A stretch of DNA of 64,000 nucleotides from an uncultured Chloroflexia bacterium (lineage in GTDB: Bacteria; Chloroflexota; Anaerolineae; Anaerolineales; UBA4823), in contig CAWGZV010000003.1 of assembly GCA_963827155.1 (NCBI GenBank), positions 660,984 through 724,983 of the forward strand, in the 5' to 3' direction. Under the pieces are notes generated by a model, which had not been told where the DNA came from, made no database searches, and saw only the letters and a list, made by a program, of their open reading frames with translations. This document shows, one piece after another, positions 47,370-57,294 of the stretch; position 1 is the first letter of the stretch; each line of letters starts with the position of its first letter. A program made the position numbers and the translations under genes.

Positions 47370-49132
47370 TTGATTTCGAATTGCACTTGTGGGTTCTCTG
47401 CAGATAACGAATGGTGATTATGCCATAGGGTGAAATCTTTTAAGATTGACCCCCCAATAAATTCTCTAAGGATTGAATTATCGGGGAGCATTTCACTTTC
47501 CAGCGGCAAGAACCACTCCAGCAAAGCGAGCAGGCGTTTGGCTTCAACATATTCAGCTGAGCCCACCTGTACCTGTCGCAAGAGCGGTTCTGCAAATGGT
47601 CTCAAAGCCGAGAGCTCATACACCAATGCGGAGTTGAACATGATGTCGGAGTTTTCCTGGTAAGGGAATATGTATCTTTTTTCTCCACGCCGCACAGACT
47701 CCCAGCGTTGGATGGTTTGCTGGGCAGAATAGCCGCGCTCGCGAGCATCGCGTACTATCCGCCTGATGAGGCGAGTGTCGGTGGTGGATATTCGATTGTG
47801 ATTGTCTAAGTTAAGTTGAGTAAGTGCTGACACATATATGCGGAAAGTCTGGTCTGCGGGCAAATGCGGGAAAAGCTCAGGGTTGAGCCCATTGATGCCC
47901 TCCATAATAATTAAATCGCCGGAATGGAGCTCAACGTAATCTCCAGCTTCGCTTTTCCCGGTCAGGAAATTGTAATGAGGAAGCCTGATCTTTTTTCCTG
48001 AGATTAGCTGTCGTAAATCATGATCCATCTGCTCACGATCTAATGCCCGGATTGATTCAAAATCAGGTTGCCCTTCTTCATTCAGTGGGGTCAAATCCCG
48101 ATCGATAAAATAATCGTCCATTGCCAGTGGGAATGGCGCAATGCCGCTTGCGAGCAGCTGCACAGCCAGGCGTTTCGAAAATGTGGTTTTTCCCGATGAT
48201 GAGGGACCTGCAACCAGCACGACCCGGATAGAATCTCTTCGGTTTACAATCTGCCGCGCGATCTCAGTAACATGCTGTTCGTGGAGCGCTTCTGAGACCA
48301 GGATCACTTCTTCGCCCCGCTGGGCTTTGATAGCATCATTGAGCGCTCCTACGCTCGAAATCCCAAGGCTGTCGAGCCACGCCCCATAAAGTTGAAATGC
48401 TTTCAGCAATTTGGGATATTCCGGCATCGGCAGCAGCTCAGTCGGAGCGTGCCGGCGAGGAAATCTCAGCGTAAATCCATCCCCGGTCTTGGTGAGTGAG
48501 AACCAGCGCAAATATCCAGTTGACGGTACCATATAACCGTGATGGTAGTCTAAATGATCTTCTAATTGATAGACCGTCAGGTAGTCTTTCGTGCGGTGAG
48601 CCAAAAGGCGGACTTTTTCGATCTCGCCATGCTGCTGAAAATACTCAATTGCTTTGACCAAAGGAATTTGCTGCCGTGTGTATGGAAGGTCAGAATCGAC
48701 AAGCTGCTGCATAGATGATTCAAGCGTAGATAGTTCTTTCTCAGATAAAGGGCTTCGAGCAAATACCTGGCAATAATAGCCCCCCGAGGAGACCGAGTGA
48801 TCGACGCGCAGTTCCGCATCTGGGAAGCACAGCTCGAAAGCTGTTTCCAGCAGAAAAGTTAGCGAACGCCGATAAATGAGCATCCCGTCTGCTTCCCCCA
48901 TTGTGACAGGTCTGACTTCCGCCTCCATCTTGATCGGGTAGGTTAATTCCCGCAGTTCTCCATTGATGATTGCCCCAACGATAGGAGCGGAATCTTCTCT
49001 AGAGAGTAAGCTGAAGAACCGTCCGATCGGTGCATTTCTGGGACCGCATAAGACTCGCCCATCTGGTAAATGGACCTCGACCCGAGGGTTTGGTGAACAG
49101 CTTGAGACATCAGGATCAGGTGTTAAGAACAT
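47366..49132 (-). CDS. PRK/uridine-kinase-family nucleoside kinase with N-terminal TGS-like/ThrRS-like extension
   Basis: It has Walker A VAGPSSSGKTTFSKRL, then IIMEGINGLNPEL and IRRIVRDARERGY. The N-terminal ~280 aa begin with a beta-grasp-like VEVHLPDGRVLCG. It overlaps the M14 gene by 4 nt (ATGA). Confidence 0.6.
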   Translation of the reverse strand: MFLTPDPDVSSCSPNPRVEVHLPDGRVLCGPRNAPIGRFFSLLSREDSAPIVGAIINGELRELTYPIKMEAEVRPVTMGEADGMLIYRRSLTFLLETAFELCFPDAELRVDHSVSSGGYYCQVFARSPLSEKELSTLESSMQQLVDSDLPYTRQQIPLVKAIEYFQQHGEIEKVRLLAHRTKDYLTVYQLEDHLDYHHGYMVPSTGYLRWFSLTKTGDGFTLRFPRRHAPTELLPMPEYPKLLKAFQLYGAWLDSLGISSVGALNDAIKAQRGEEVILVSEALHEQHVTEIARQIVNRRDSIRVVLVAGPSSSGKTTFSKRLAVQLLASGIAPFPLAMDDYFIDRDLTPLNEEGQPDFESIRALDREQMDHDLRQLISGKKIRLPHYNFLTGKSEAGDYVELHSGDLIIMEGINGLNPELFPHLPADQTFRIYVSALTQLNLDNHNRISTTDTRLIRRIVRDARERGYSAQQTIQRWESVRRGEKRYIFPYQENSDIMFNSALVYELSALRPFAEPLLRQVQVGSAEYVEAKRLLALLEWFLPLESEMLPDNSILREFIGGSILKDFTLWHNHHSLSAENPQVQFEIK

Positions 49133-49295
49133 TCCCGCTTTTCATCCTATCGAGGTTGAAGGATAGCTATTTTATCACCAATCTTTCGGTGTTCTCCTTC
49201 AGGCAAACTATACAGCTTTGAAAACAATAGAGCCTTGTTGCGATCCTATTCTCGCACAAGGCTCTATCTAAAGGAAATTCTAAACCCTTGTCTGG

Positions 49296-50759
49296 CTAGG
49301 TTTGGAGGCTTTCAACAGAACAGCAAAGCACCAATTCCTTAGCGGCTTTTACCTCATCTAAACGACCTACGGGGGTATTATGAGGCGCTGTTTTCAACAA
49401 TTCGGGTGAGACATGCGCCTCCTCCGCAATTTTCTGCATGATCTCTACGAATTGATCCAGGGTTTGTTTGCTTTCGGTCTCGGTTGGCTCAATCATCAAA
49501 GCTTCGTGGACAATCAACGGGAAATAATTTGTCGGCGGATGAAGACCATAATCCATCATTCTCTTTGCAATGTCAAGCGCATGGACATCTGGCGCATCAG
49601 ACCATTGGCCTTCAAGCACGAACTCATGCATGCAAGTTCGATTGTATGGCAGATTGTACACTTTTCGCAGTTGAGCCATCAAGTAGTTGGCATTCAAGAC
49701 AGCGTATTCAGAAATATCTCTCAATCCTTTAGGACCATGCATCCGGATGTAGGTATATGCCCGCACCATCATCCCGAATTGTCCGTGAAATCCTTTAACA
49801 CGACCGATGCTCATCTTTGGTGTGACAAAATCGTAAAGCGGAGGGATTTCATCATCACCTGGCTCGACAATGTCTACCAGCGGTCCAGGCAGATAATCCG
49901 CAAGGTGAGCCGCCACTCCTACCGGGCCGGAACCAGGCCCACCGCCGCCATGGGGAGTAGAAAAGGTCTTATGCAGGTTGAAATGCATCACATCGATGCC
50001 CAAATCCCCCGGTCGGATGATACCAAGCAGGGCATTCATGTTTGCACCATCACCATAAACAAGCCCGCCGGCTTCATGGACAAGTTTCACCACGGTTTCA
50101 ACATTTTCGTCGAACAAACCCAGGGTATTTGGATTTGTGAGCATTAATCCTGCTAATCGATCGTCACACTCGAGACGCAGCGCCTCAAGGTCGACATTTC
50201 CACGCCCATCAGATTTTAATTCAACCACGTCCATCCCGCTCATTGCAGAGGTGGCGGGGTTAGTGCCGTGAGCAGAATCCGGGATCAAGATCCGCGTGCG
50301 TTTGTGGTCTTTTCGAGATTCATGATATGCACGGATGATCAATACCCCTGTCAGCTCGCCTTGTGCTCCTGCTGCCGGCTGCAGCGTGACTGCTGCGAAT
50401 CCAGCGATTTCCTTCAACCATTCTTGCAGCTCAAACATTAACAGCAGGTTGCCCTGGATAGTCTCAGATGGTTGAAGGGGATGGGTGAGTGCAAATCCTG
50501 CTAATCTGGCGATATCTTCGTTTATCTTTGGGTTGTATTTCATCGTGCACGAACCCAGGGGATACATGCCCTGGTCTATGCAGTAGTTGAGCTTCGACAG
50601 GCGGGTGAAATGCCGGACGACATCCACCTCTGAAAGCTCGGGTAGCGGCAATTCTTTCCGCAGTAAATCTGGCAATTTTGTCAATGGAACATCTGGTTCG
50701 GGAAAACGAAGGGCTGTCCTTCCGGGTACTGATAGTTCGCAAAGCAGCGGCTCAGTCAT
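49296..50759 (-). CDS. gcvPB: glycine dehydrogenase (aminomethyl-transferring) subunit 2
   Basis: It shows MKYNPK, HFNLHKTFSTPHGGGGPG (the PLP-lysine region) and similar family sequence. The ATG at 50759 (MTEPLL) overlaps the gcvPA stop by 8 nt; the track start at 50780 is less likely. Confidence 0.95.
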   Translation of the reverse strand: MTEPLLCELSVPGRTALRFPEPDVPLTKLPDLLRKELPLPELSEVDVVRHFTRLSKLNYCIDQGMYPLGSCTMKYNPKINEDIARLAGFALTHPLQPSETIQGNLLLMFELQEWLKEIAGFAAVTLQPAAGAQGELTGVLIIRAYHESRKDHKRTRILIPDSAHGTNPATSAMSGMDVVELKSDGRGNVDLEALRLECDDRLAGLMLTNPNTLGLFDENVETVVKLVHEAGGLVYGDGANMNALLGIIRPGDLGIDVMHFNLHKTFSTPHGGGGPGSGPVGVAAHLADYLPGPLVDIVEPGDDEIPPLYDFVTPKMSIGRVKGFHGQFGMMVRAYTYIRMHGPKGLRDISEYAVLNANYLMAQLRKVYNLPYNRTCMHEFVLEGQWSDAPDVHALDIAKRMMDYGLHPPTNYFPLIVHEALMIEPTETESKQTLDQFVEIMQKIAEEAHVSPELLKTAPHNTPVGRLDEVKAAKELVLCCSVESLQT

Positions 50760-52101
50760 TGGACACCTCAGAAAGCACATCGACCATCAAGTCGATATCT
50801 TCTCGTGCATTCATCTCAGTAACGGCAATCAACATATGATTTTCCAGCTCCGGGTAATCCTGGCTGAGATCATAACCACCAAGGATACCATTCTCCAACA
50901 GCAGCTCGTTGATTTCTTTTACAGCTGTTGGGCATCGGATAACGAACTCATTGAAAAATGGCGCATCGGACCATAACGAATATCCTGAGAGGGCTGCAAT
51001 ACTCTTGGCAGCATAATGAGCCTTGTGGTAGCAGAGCTCAGACACCTGGCGCAAACCCTGTTTGCCCAGCATGCTCAAATACACGGTCGCAGCAAGCGCC
51101 ATCAATCCCTGATTCGTGCAGATGTTTGATGTGGCTTTTTCTCTCCGGATGTGCTGCTCACGGGCTGTAAGCGTGAGGACGTAAGCGCGCTGGCCGCGGT
51201 TATCAATGGTTTCGCCGACCAGTCTGCCAGCCATCTTTCGAACATAATCGAGACGTGTGGCAAAAATCCCCAGATACGGACCACCAAAGGAAAGCGGTAT
51301 GCCTAACGGCTGTCCTTCGCCAGTTACGATATCTGCCCCAAAGTCTCCCGGTGGGGTGAATAGCCCGAGCGCCATTGGATTTACGGAAACAGCCAATAGC
51401 GCACCTTGGGCATGGACTTGTTCCGCAAGGCTGGTTAAATCATAGACTCGACCAAGGAAATCTGGATATTGGACGACTACGAGGGCAGTATTTGCATCCA
51501 CCAGTTTTGCCAGGGATTCAGGACTTTCCTGCAAACCGACCTCGCCGGCATCTCCCATGATCTCTGAAAACGTGCTGTGATGATACGTTCGGGCAGTCTG
51601 GCGGTATTGGGGGTTGAGCGCAGGTGAGAGGATGAATTTGTTTCTTTTGCCGCGGAAATTAGCGGACGCGAGACTGATCGCTTCTGCCACCGCAGTTGCG
51701 CCATCATAATGCGAGGCATTCGATACATCCATCCCAGTAAGCGAAGCGATCAGGCTTTGATAATCAAATATCGATTGCAGGGTGCCTTGTGAAACCTCAG
51801 GTTGGTAAGGGGTGTAAGCAGTGGAAAATTCCCCCCGCCGGATAATCGAATCGACGACAGAGGGAGTATAGTGATTGTAAGCACCTGCGCCCAGGAAGCA
51901 GATCAGATCGTCGGTGCTTTCATTTGCATCTGCCAGGCTTCGGAGCTCTCCTAAGACTTCCATTTCGGTGAGCGCTGGAGGTAAGTTCAGCTCTGGGAAG
52001 CGATGCTTCTTTGGGACATCCGCGAATAATTCCTCCAGATTCGCGATCCCAATCGTTTTTAGCATAGCATCCCGGTCTTCAGATGTATGAGGTATAAACA
52101 T
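50752..52101 (-). CDS. gcvPA: glycine dehydrogenase (aminomethyl-transferring) subunit 1
   Basis: The 449-aa protein has the MFIPHTSEDRDAMLKTIG N-terminus and TAYTPYQPEVSQGTLQ, as is typical of GcvPA. Confidence 0.95.
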   Translation of the reverse strand: MFIPHTSEDRDAMLKTIGIANLEELFADVPKKHRFPELNLPPALTEMEVLGELRSLADANESTDDLICFLGAGAYNHYTPSVVDSIIRRGEFSTAYTPYQPEVSQGTLQSIFDYQSLIASLTGMDVSNASHYDGATAVAEAISLASANFRGKRNKFILSPALNPQYRQTARTYHHSTFSEIMGDAGEVGLQESPESLAKLVDANTALVVVQYPDFLGRVYDLTSLAEQVHAQGALLAVSVNPMALGLFTPPGDFGADIVTGEGQPLGIPLSFGGPYLGIFATRLDYVRKMAGRLVGETIDNRGQRAYVLTLTAREQHIRREKATSNICTNQGLMALAATVYLSMLGKQGLRQVSELCYHKAHYAAKSIAALSGYSLWSDAPFFNEFVIRCPTAVKEINELLLENGILGGYDLSQDYPELENHMLIAVTEMNAREDIDLMVDVLSEVSND

Positions 52102-52134
52102 TTTCTCTCCTGACCGGTCTAAGATTAAATCCGA

Positions 52135-52524
52135 TTATCCTTTTTCGGCAATATGCTTCTCGTAGGATTTGGCATCCAGCAAGGCGTCCAATTCAGCCTG
52201 ATCCGAGATCTCCACTTTCACCATCCAGGCATTTCCATATGGATCGCTGTTTACGGTCTCTGGTTTATCAGGCAGCTCTTCGTTGATTGCAACGATTTTG
52301 CCGCCAACTGGCATATACACGTCGGCAGCTGCCTTCACCGATTCGAGCGTTGCGCAAGCCTCGCCCTTCTTGATCATTTCACCTTCAGATGTGACAACTT
52401 CGACGAAGACGATGTCTGAAAGCTGATTCTGGGCAAAATCTGTGATCCCTACGGTCCCAACTTTGCCATCGATACGGATCCATTCGTCATTTTTTGTGTA
52501 TTTCAGATCGGATGGGATATTCAT
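52135..52524 (-). CDS. gcvH: glycine cleavage system H protein
   Basis: It has YTKNDEWIR and the lipoyl-lysine motif LESVKAA. The ATG at 52524 is preceded by AAGGAG; the track start at 52560 adds 12 residues from the leader. Confidence 0.95.
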   Translation of the reverse strand: MNIPSDLKYTKNDEWIRIDGKVGTVGITDFAQNQLSDIVFVEVVTSEGEMIKKGEACATLESVKAAADVYMPVGGKIVAINEELPDKPETVNSDPYGNAWMVKVEISDQAELDALLDAKSYEKHIAEKG

Positions 52525-52572
52525 GTTAACTCTCCTTATTAAAGATAGACTTGAATACATTTATTTTTTGCA

Positions 52573-52850
52573 TAAAAACCAAAAGGCGCACACCCAGGCA
52601 GTGTGCGCCTCTGTCGGTGACCTGAGAGATTTACACCGGCAATGCCGGTGCTTGCCCCGTCGGTGTCCTTCGCCACACCAAAAAATCTTTGGATCAGTGC
52701 AGTCCGGGACTTTCCAGAGACATCCAGGTTCAGAGTCCTTCTACCTGAGAGTTTCATCAGCCATAAATGATGCCAGATTTGGTCATCAATTATGTTTGAT
52801 TTGCCCCTTCGGTGCCTGTCTGAACAGACAGGTCTCTCCTCTGCTCCAAT
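52573..52850 (-). promoter_or_regulatory. tandem glycine riboswitch (two aptamers plus terminator expression platform)
   Basis: On the minus strand, aptamer 1 reads GGAGAG..CACCGAAGGGGCAA..CUCUCAGGUAGAAGGAC. Aptamer 2 reads CUCUGGAAAG..GACACCGACGGGGCAAG..UCUCUCAGGUCACCGACAGAGG. A hairpin AGGCGCACA..UGUGCGCCU plus UUUUGGUUUUU follows (52573-52610), directly upstream of gcvH. Confidence 0.9.
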
Positions 52851-52893
52851 TGGTATTCATCAAAATGATCGGTTAATTCAACCAATCATTTTG

Positions 52894-52922
52894 ATTTTAT
52901 GGTGCATACCTCGAAAAGTCAA
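52894..52922 (-). promoter_or_regulatory. sigma70-type promoter for the riboswitch-gcvH-PA-PB transcript
   Basis: On the minus strand, TTGACT (52922-52917), a 17-nt spacer and TAAAAT (52899-52894) lie ~40 nt upstream of the riboswitch. Confidence 0.5.
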
Positions 52923-53018
52923 GTGAAGAATGTATATAGTATCCATCGCGAATCTCACATGTCGCGATGAATGGGGAATACACTGGGAATGTCAGAAATT
53001 AATTCCAGTGAGCGCTTG

Positions 53019-53345
53019 CTAAACCCAACCCTGGCTTTTGATAAAGTTGGTGACCACGGGGATATTGAACATCTCTCCCTGGTATGCTTTATACGCCCAA
53101 TAGAACATGATAAACCAAATGATTGCGCCGCATCCAAGTGTGAAAACGGCGATGATTGGTACAAGGATAATGAAAACTATGCCAACTGCGAGGGCTTGTA
53201 CTGCATGAAATTTGATGAAAGGTCGGGACTTCTTTTCCTCCATCAAGAGCATGATGATGGGGACTATTGGGGAGAATACATAGCCTAAAGCAGCCCATAG
53301 TTTATCGTCGCTGGTATAACCTGTTGGCTCAACTTGGTCTGTCAT
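53019..53345 (-). CDS. DUF4870-family small membrane protein
   Basis: The 108-aa protein has LWAALGYVFSPIVPIIMLL..KSRPFIKFHAVQAL and three TM helices, as in DUF4870 (from memory). Confidence 0.6.
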   Translation of the reverse strand: MTDQVEPTGYTSDDKLWAALGYVFSPIVPIIMLLMEEKKSRPFIKFHAVQALAVGIVFIILVPIIAVFTLGCGAIIWFIMFYWAYKAYQGEMFNIPVVTNFIKSQGWV

Positions 53346-53541
53346 GGAAAATTGCCTCCGGATTCTAGATATTGGTAGGATTGTTCACCGCTTGATTGCT
53401 GTGTACTCGCTGAATTTTACATCTATATCTGAAAATTGGGGGAAAATGGTGGGATTTATTGAGCGCCAGAGGAGATGTAATTTATCCGAATTCATGCTGA
53501 GCTTCCATTCTTGTTCCGGCTGCTCTACCGGCTGAGATCGT

Positions 53542-54387
53542 TTATAAATGCCAGGTAATGATGAATAACAGCGTAAAAAGGCTGCTGATGATTAGCTGGC
53601 GAATCCCTATGGCTGTTGGTTTCCAATGGATAGCAGGCTTGAATGTTCCAAACATTGTTTCTAACCACTGAAGTAAATAAGGTAAGAAAAGCCAAGCTGA
53701 AACGAATTGGGCAGTCGAAAGTAAGATTACCAAACCAAGATTGAAGGAGGTATATAGGATCGCTCTACGACCCATTCGAATCAGCTCGCGCTTCGGTAGG
53801 ATTTTTTCCAGGCTGCGCTGGTCAAGGCGCAGATATGCATATACAATCGATGCTGCCGATTGAAGCCAAACGAGAATAAATAGAAGCCACCCAGTTGGAT
53901 CTGGTTTTGAAACGCCAACCCAATAAGCAGCTGGAGCGCTCAGCGCCAATACGCCGCTTCCAACAAGCTCTATCCCCATTTGTTTGCGTTCAGCTCGCCT
54001 GGTGACCAGGACAAGGTGCCAAATAAAAACCGGCACGCCTGGAATTGCCAGGTAAAGCAGGTAGCCAAATTCCATTAAGATCAACCCGCCTAGCGCCAAC
54101 AATCCGACCACGCTGTATATGCCTACCCAGAACCAGGCCGGACCGAGCTCTCGTTTGGATCGCCTGCCGCTGTAAGCTTTCACTAGAATAGTGACCGGCT
54201 GACGAACTAAGAATGCAGCCAAAGCGGAAATGATCAGCATTAAGCTGGCGAAAGACCATTGGTTTGCAGCGAAGAGACCGATTAAAAGTGGGCTTAATAG
54301 GAATACCCACGATCCATGGTCTTGAGGCAATGCGATGTGTTGGATAAATAGTTTTTTGATTATTGGTTTTTGATCTGCAGATACCAT
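53542..54387 (-). CDS. YwiC-like polytopic membrane protein
   Basis: It has 8 hydrophobic segments and an N-terminal LPQDHGSWVFLLSPLLIG resembling the YwiC-like family motif (from memory). Confidence 0.45.
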   Translation of the reverse strand: MVSADQKPIIKKLFIQHIALPQDHGSWVFLLSPLLIGLFAANQWSFASLMLIISALAAFLVRQPVTILVKAYSGRRSKRELGPAWFWVGIYSVVGLLALGGLILMEFGYLLYLAIPGVPVFIWHLVLVTRRAERKQMGIELVGSGVLALSAPAAYWVGVSKPDPTGWLLFILVWLQSAASIVYAYLRLDQRSLEKILPKRELIRMGRRAILYTSFNLGLVILLSTAQFVSAWLFLPYLLQWLETMFGTFKPAIHWKPTAIGIRQLIISSLFTLLFIITWHL

Positions 54388-54419
54388 GCCATTATTATAA
54401 TAATTTTCCGCTGTAATTT

Positions 54420-54700
54420 GCGAGAACTAGGTTTTGAACTGCCAGGCGAATGGCTTCGACCAGATCTTCATTTATAGGGGTCGAACTGCCGCACCAGACG
54501 GATAATCACATAGTGTTTTCCGGCATTGAGAGATCTAATACAAGCACATCAGGGTTAAGCAGACCGGATTTATCCAGCGCTTCGACGCCATTTTTGGCTT
54601 CTTCGATTATTCGAAAATTGGCGGAAGTATTACTCCCCTGACCGAATCCGCTAAAGGAGCGCAGGAATTTTAGCAAAGGATTTTGAGAATGTTCTGTTGA
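54420..54700 (-). pseudogene. decayed remnant of a response-regulator receiver gene
   Basis: The minus-strand frame reads NFRIIEEAKNGVEALDKSGLLNPDVLVLDLSMPENTM*LSVWCGSSTPINEDLVEAIRLAV. This keeps the receiver alpha1-beta3 and the final helix, but has an in-frame stop, lacks ~55 central residues and has no credible start. Confidence 0.3.
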
Positions 54701-54760
54701 ACGTGGATTTATTCAGGAATTGCGTTACTCCGAACTTACCACGGAGGATATTCAATTTCT

Positions 54761-55600
54761 TTATAATCCGTCAAATAATCCAGACATTTTTTGATCAGGT
54801 TGGGGCTCAGGCCAGGCTAATGAAAAATGCTCAGTCTGCATCAGCTTCATCACCTTTTCTTTGGGCAGCCGTCTGAAAAGGTTTCCGGGTCCAAACTGGG
54901 TCCGATGACAGTTCAACGCATCCCATTTCAATTCAACGGTTGGCGCAACATCCAAATTCACATGGACCTTCTCATCAGGCCAACCCAGGGTGGTATCGTT
55001 CATCCATTCCAATTCCTCGGTATCCAATCCTAATTCCTCCATCTGGGCGCGCATTGCCTCAAAAAACGAGCGCGGGATTGCTGTATAAAATAGCCTTTTT
55101 GCTTGCCAGGCATCTCCCAGTTCTGGATATTGATCTGGATTTCCTGCGGCTTGGAAGGCTGCCACCGTGTGTCGATGAATTGCTATATGGTCTGGATGTC
55201 CGTATCCCCCATTTGGTTCAAAAGTGACGACCACTTCTGGTTGAAGGCGGCGAATTAATCCTACCAATTTTGGAATGACAATTTCTGAAGGAATATTGAT
55301 AAATGCCAGCGGATTCTGATTTTCTTGTGTGCCAGCCATACCGGAATCGCGATAATTGAGGAAGATAAGTTGCTTAATACCCATCGTTTCGGCAGCGCAT
55401 CTCAGTTCGTTCTCACGTACTTCCCCCAAACTATCGGGTGTTGCAAAGCTTGGGTCAGAGATTTCGCCTGCTTCACCACGGGTAGCGCAAACTAACGAGA
55501 CATCCACGTTTTCCTGGGCATACCGTGATATTGTGCCGCCTGTGCCAAATGCCTCATCATCTGGATGTGCGAATAAAGCCATAAGGGAGTGAGCTGACAT
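54761..55600 (-). CDS. PIG-L/LmbE-family N-acetylglucosaminyl deacetylase
   Basis: It shows LFAHPDDEAFGTGGTISRY and GGYGHPDHIAIH, the diagnostic PIG-L family motifs. Confidence 0.8.
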   Translation of the reverse strand: MSAHSLMALFAHPDDEAFGTGGTISRYAQENVDVSLVCATRGEAGEISDPSFATPDSLGEVRENELRCAAETMGIKQLIFLNYRDSGMAGTQENQNPLAFINIPSEIVIPKLVGLIRRLQPEVVVTFEPNGGYGHPDHIAIHRHTVAAFQAAGNPDQYPELGDAWQAKRLFYTAIPRSFFEAMRAQMEELGLDTEELEWMNDTTLGWPDEKVHVNLDVAPTVELKWDALNCHRTQFGPGNLFRRLPKEKVMKLMQTEHFSLAWPEPQPDQKMSGLFDGL

Positions 55601-55748
55601 ATTTTGCCTCAGTGAAATCTAAGATATTTGAAAAAATCAATGATCTATTGAGTTTAAACCTTAATTTATCGAATTAGTTTAGTTTCTCATTAGCCTTCCA
55701 GTGAGGATATTTAAGTTGGTTATTCGATCTCGTGATATATTTGCAAAT

Positions 55749-56456
55749 ATGGAGATAGAGAATAGGGATCTGCGCCGTGAGGCAAGCGCTTATGCAATGC
55801 GCTTCGTGCACAGTGGAATGATGCTTGGGATAGGAACCGGCAAAACGGTTGGATATTTTATCGAATTGCTTGGTGGTCTATTTCAACAAGGGGATCTTCA
55901 TCATATCCAGACCGTACCAACCTCAATCAACAGTGCCAATATGTTAAAAGAATATGGAATCCCAATAGTCAGCTTGAGCGATATTCCCACCCTGGATCTG
56001 GCGATTGACGGAGCGGATGAAGTGGACCCAGCATTAAATTTGATCAAAGGTCTGGGGCGAGCGCTACTGCGCGAGAAAGTTGTCGAAGTTCACGCCCAGG
56101 AGCTGCTGATCTTGGTAGATGAAACCAAGCTTGTTCAAAAGTTGGGGACTACCTGCCCGCTTCCGGTGGAGATCCTGGCTTTTGAAGCGCAGAGCCATAT
56201 CCGTTGGTTGAATACTCTAGGCTGCCGCGCCGAGCTTCGCCTGGAAGAGGATGGATCGCCGGTCGTCACAGATAACGGCAATCTTATGGCGCTGATGTGG
56301 TTTGATGAGGGGATCCCAAACGCTTACGACCTGGATCAAAAACTGAATAATCGACCAGGTATTCTTGAACATGGCCTGTTCCTAGACATGACTACCAGGG
56401 TGATAGCGGCTTGTAATGAAGGAATCCATCTCATGGAACGCGACCATGGCAGCTAA
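55749..56456 (+). CDS. rpiA: ribose-5-phosphate isomerase A
   Basis: It has [23 protein letters not shown] and [16 protein letters not shown] prefer the ATG at 55749; the track start at 55701 is a GTG. Confidence 0.9.
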   Translation: MEIENRDLRREASAYAMRFVHSGMMLGIGTGKTVGYFIELLGGLFQQGDLHHIQTVPTSINSANMLKEYGIPIVSLSDIPTLDLAIDGADEVDPALNLIKGLGRALLREKVVEVHAQELLILVDETKLVQKLGTTCPLPVEILAFEAQSHIRWLNTLGCRAELRLEEDGSPVVTDNGNLMALMWFDEGIPNAYDLDQKLNNRPGILEHGLFLDMTTRVIAACNEGIHLMERDHGS

Positions 56457-57126
56457 AATTGCACCCTCTATTCTATCCGCCGATTTCGCGAAGTTGGGCG
56501 AGCAAGTTCAAGAATGCATCGCCGCAGGTGCAGATTATATCCATGTCGATGTTATGGATGGACATTTTGTTCCTAACCTGACCGTTGGGCCTTTGGTTGT
56601 GTCTGCCTTAAGCCAGCAAGTGCATGACGCCGGTCTGATTCTCGATACCCATTTGATGATAGAAGCCCCCGAGCGATTGATACCGGATTTTATAGCAGCC
56701 GGCTCTGATATCATCACTGTCCATGTCGAGACTTGCCCGCACCTGCATCGGACCATACTGATGATCAAGTCGAATGGAGCCCGCGCTGGCGTAACACTTA
56801 ACCCTGCGACACCGCTGCAACTGCTCGATGAAATCTTGCCCTTTGTCGATTTGGTGCTGATCATGTCTGTCAACCCTGGTTTCGGCGGTCAGGAATTCAT
56901 CCTAACCAGCCTGGAGAAGATTCGCCGCCTCCGAGCAATGTTGGATGTGCGAGGAATTCAAGATGTAGAAATTGAAGTGGATGGAGGGGTTTATCCAGAA
57001 AATGCGGCGAGGCTCGTTCAAGCTGGAGCCTCTGTGCTCGTAGCAGGTTCAGCGATTTTTAATTCTTCCGGAAGCATCGAGGAAAATATTGCTGCCCTGC
57101 TCTCAGCCTCTCGGCAGGCTGCATGA
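56446..57126 (+). CDS. rpe: ribulose-phosphate 3-epimerase
   Basis: It reads [49 protein letters not shown]. The ATG at 56446 overlaps the rpiA end by 11 nt. Confidence 0.93.
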   Translation: MAAKIAPSILSADFAKLGEQVQECIAAGADYIHVDVMDGHFVPNLTVGPLVVSALSQQVHDAGLILDTHLMIEAPERLIPDFIAAGSDIITVHVETCPHLHRTILMIKSNGARAGVTLNPATPLQLLDEILPFVDLVLIMSVNPGFGGQEFILTSLEKIRRLRAMLDVRGIQDVEIEVDGGVYPENAARLVQAGASVLVAGSAIFNSSGSIEENIAALLSASRQAA

Positions 57127-57294
57127 ATGAGTTTACGTCAATTGTCGCACTCAATAAGAATTCACAAGCTGACCATTTGACGGGATTTCCAGTGAGAACA
57201 GCCCATCTCATTGTGCATCTGATCTCCTCGTTTATAATAAACTCAGAACTTGAAAGTATCTCTGCCAAATCCCAATGCTAACGGACGAGGATTA

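Noticed and set aside
49413-50147. 244-aa plus-strand ORF inside gcvPB
   Set aside because: It is a shadow ORF antisense to a highly conserved gene, with no independent support.
52442-52876. ORFs of 144 aa (plus strand) and 72 aa (minus strand) across the gcvH leader
   Set aside because: The region is fully explained by the tandem glycine riboswitch and its terminator.
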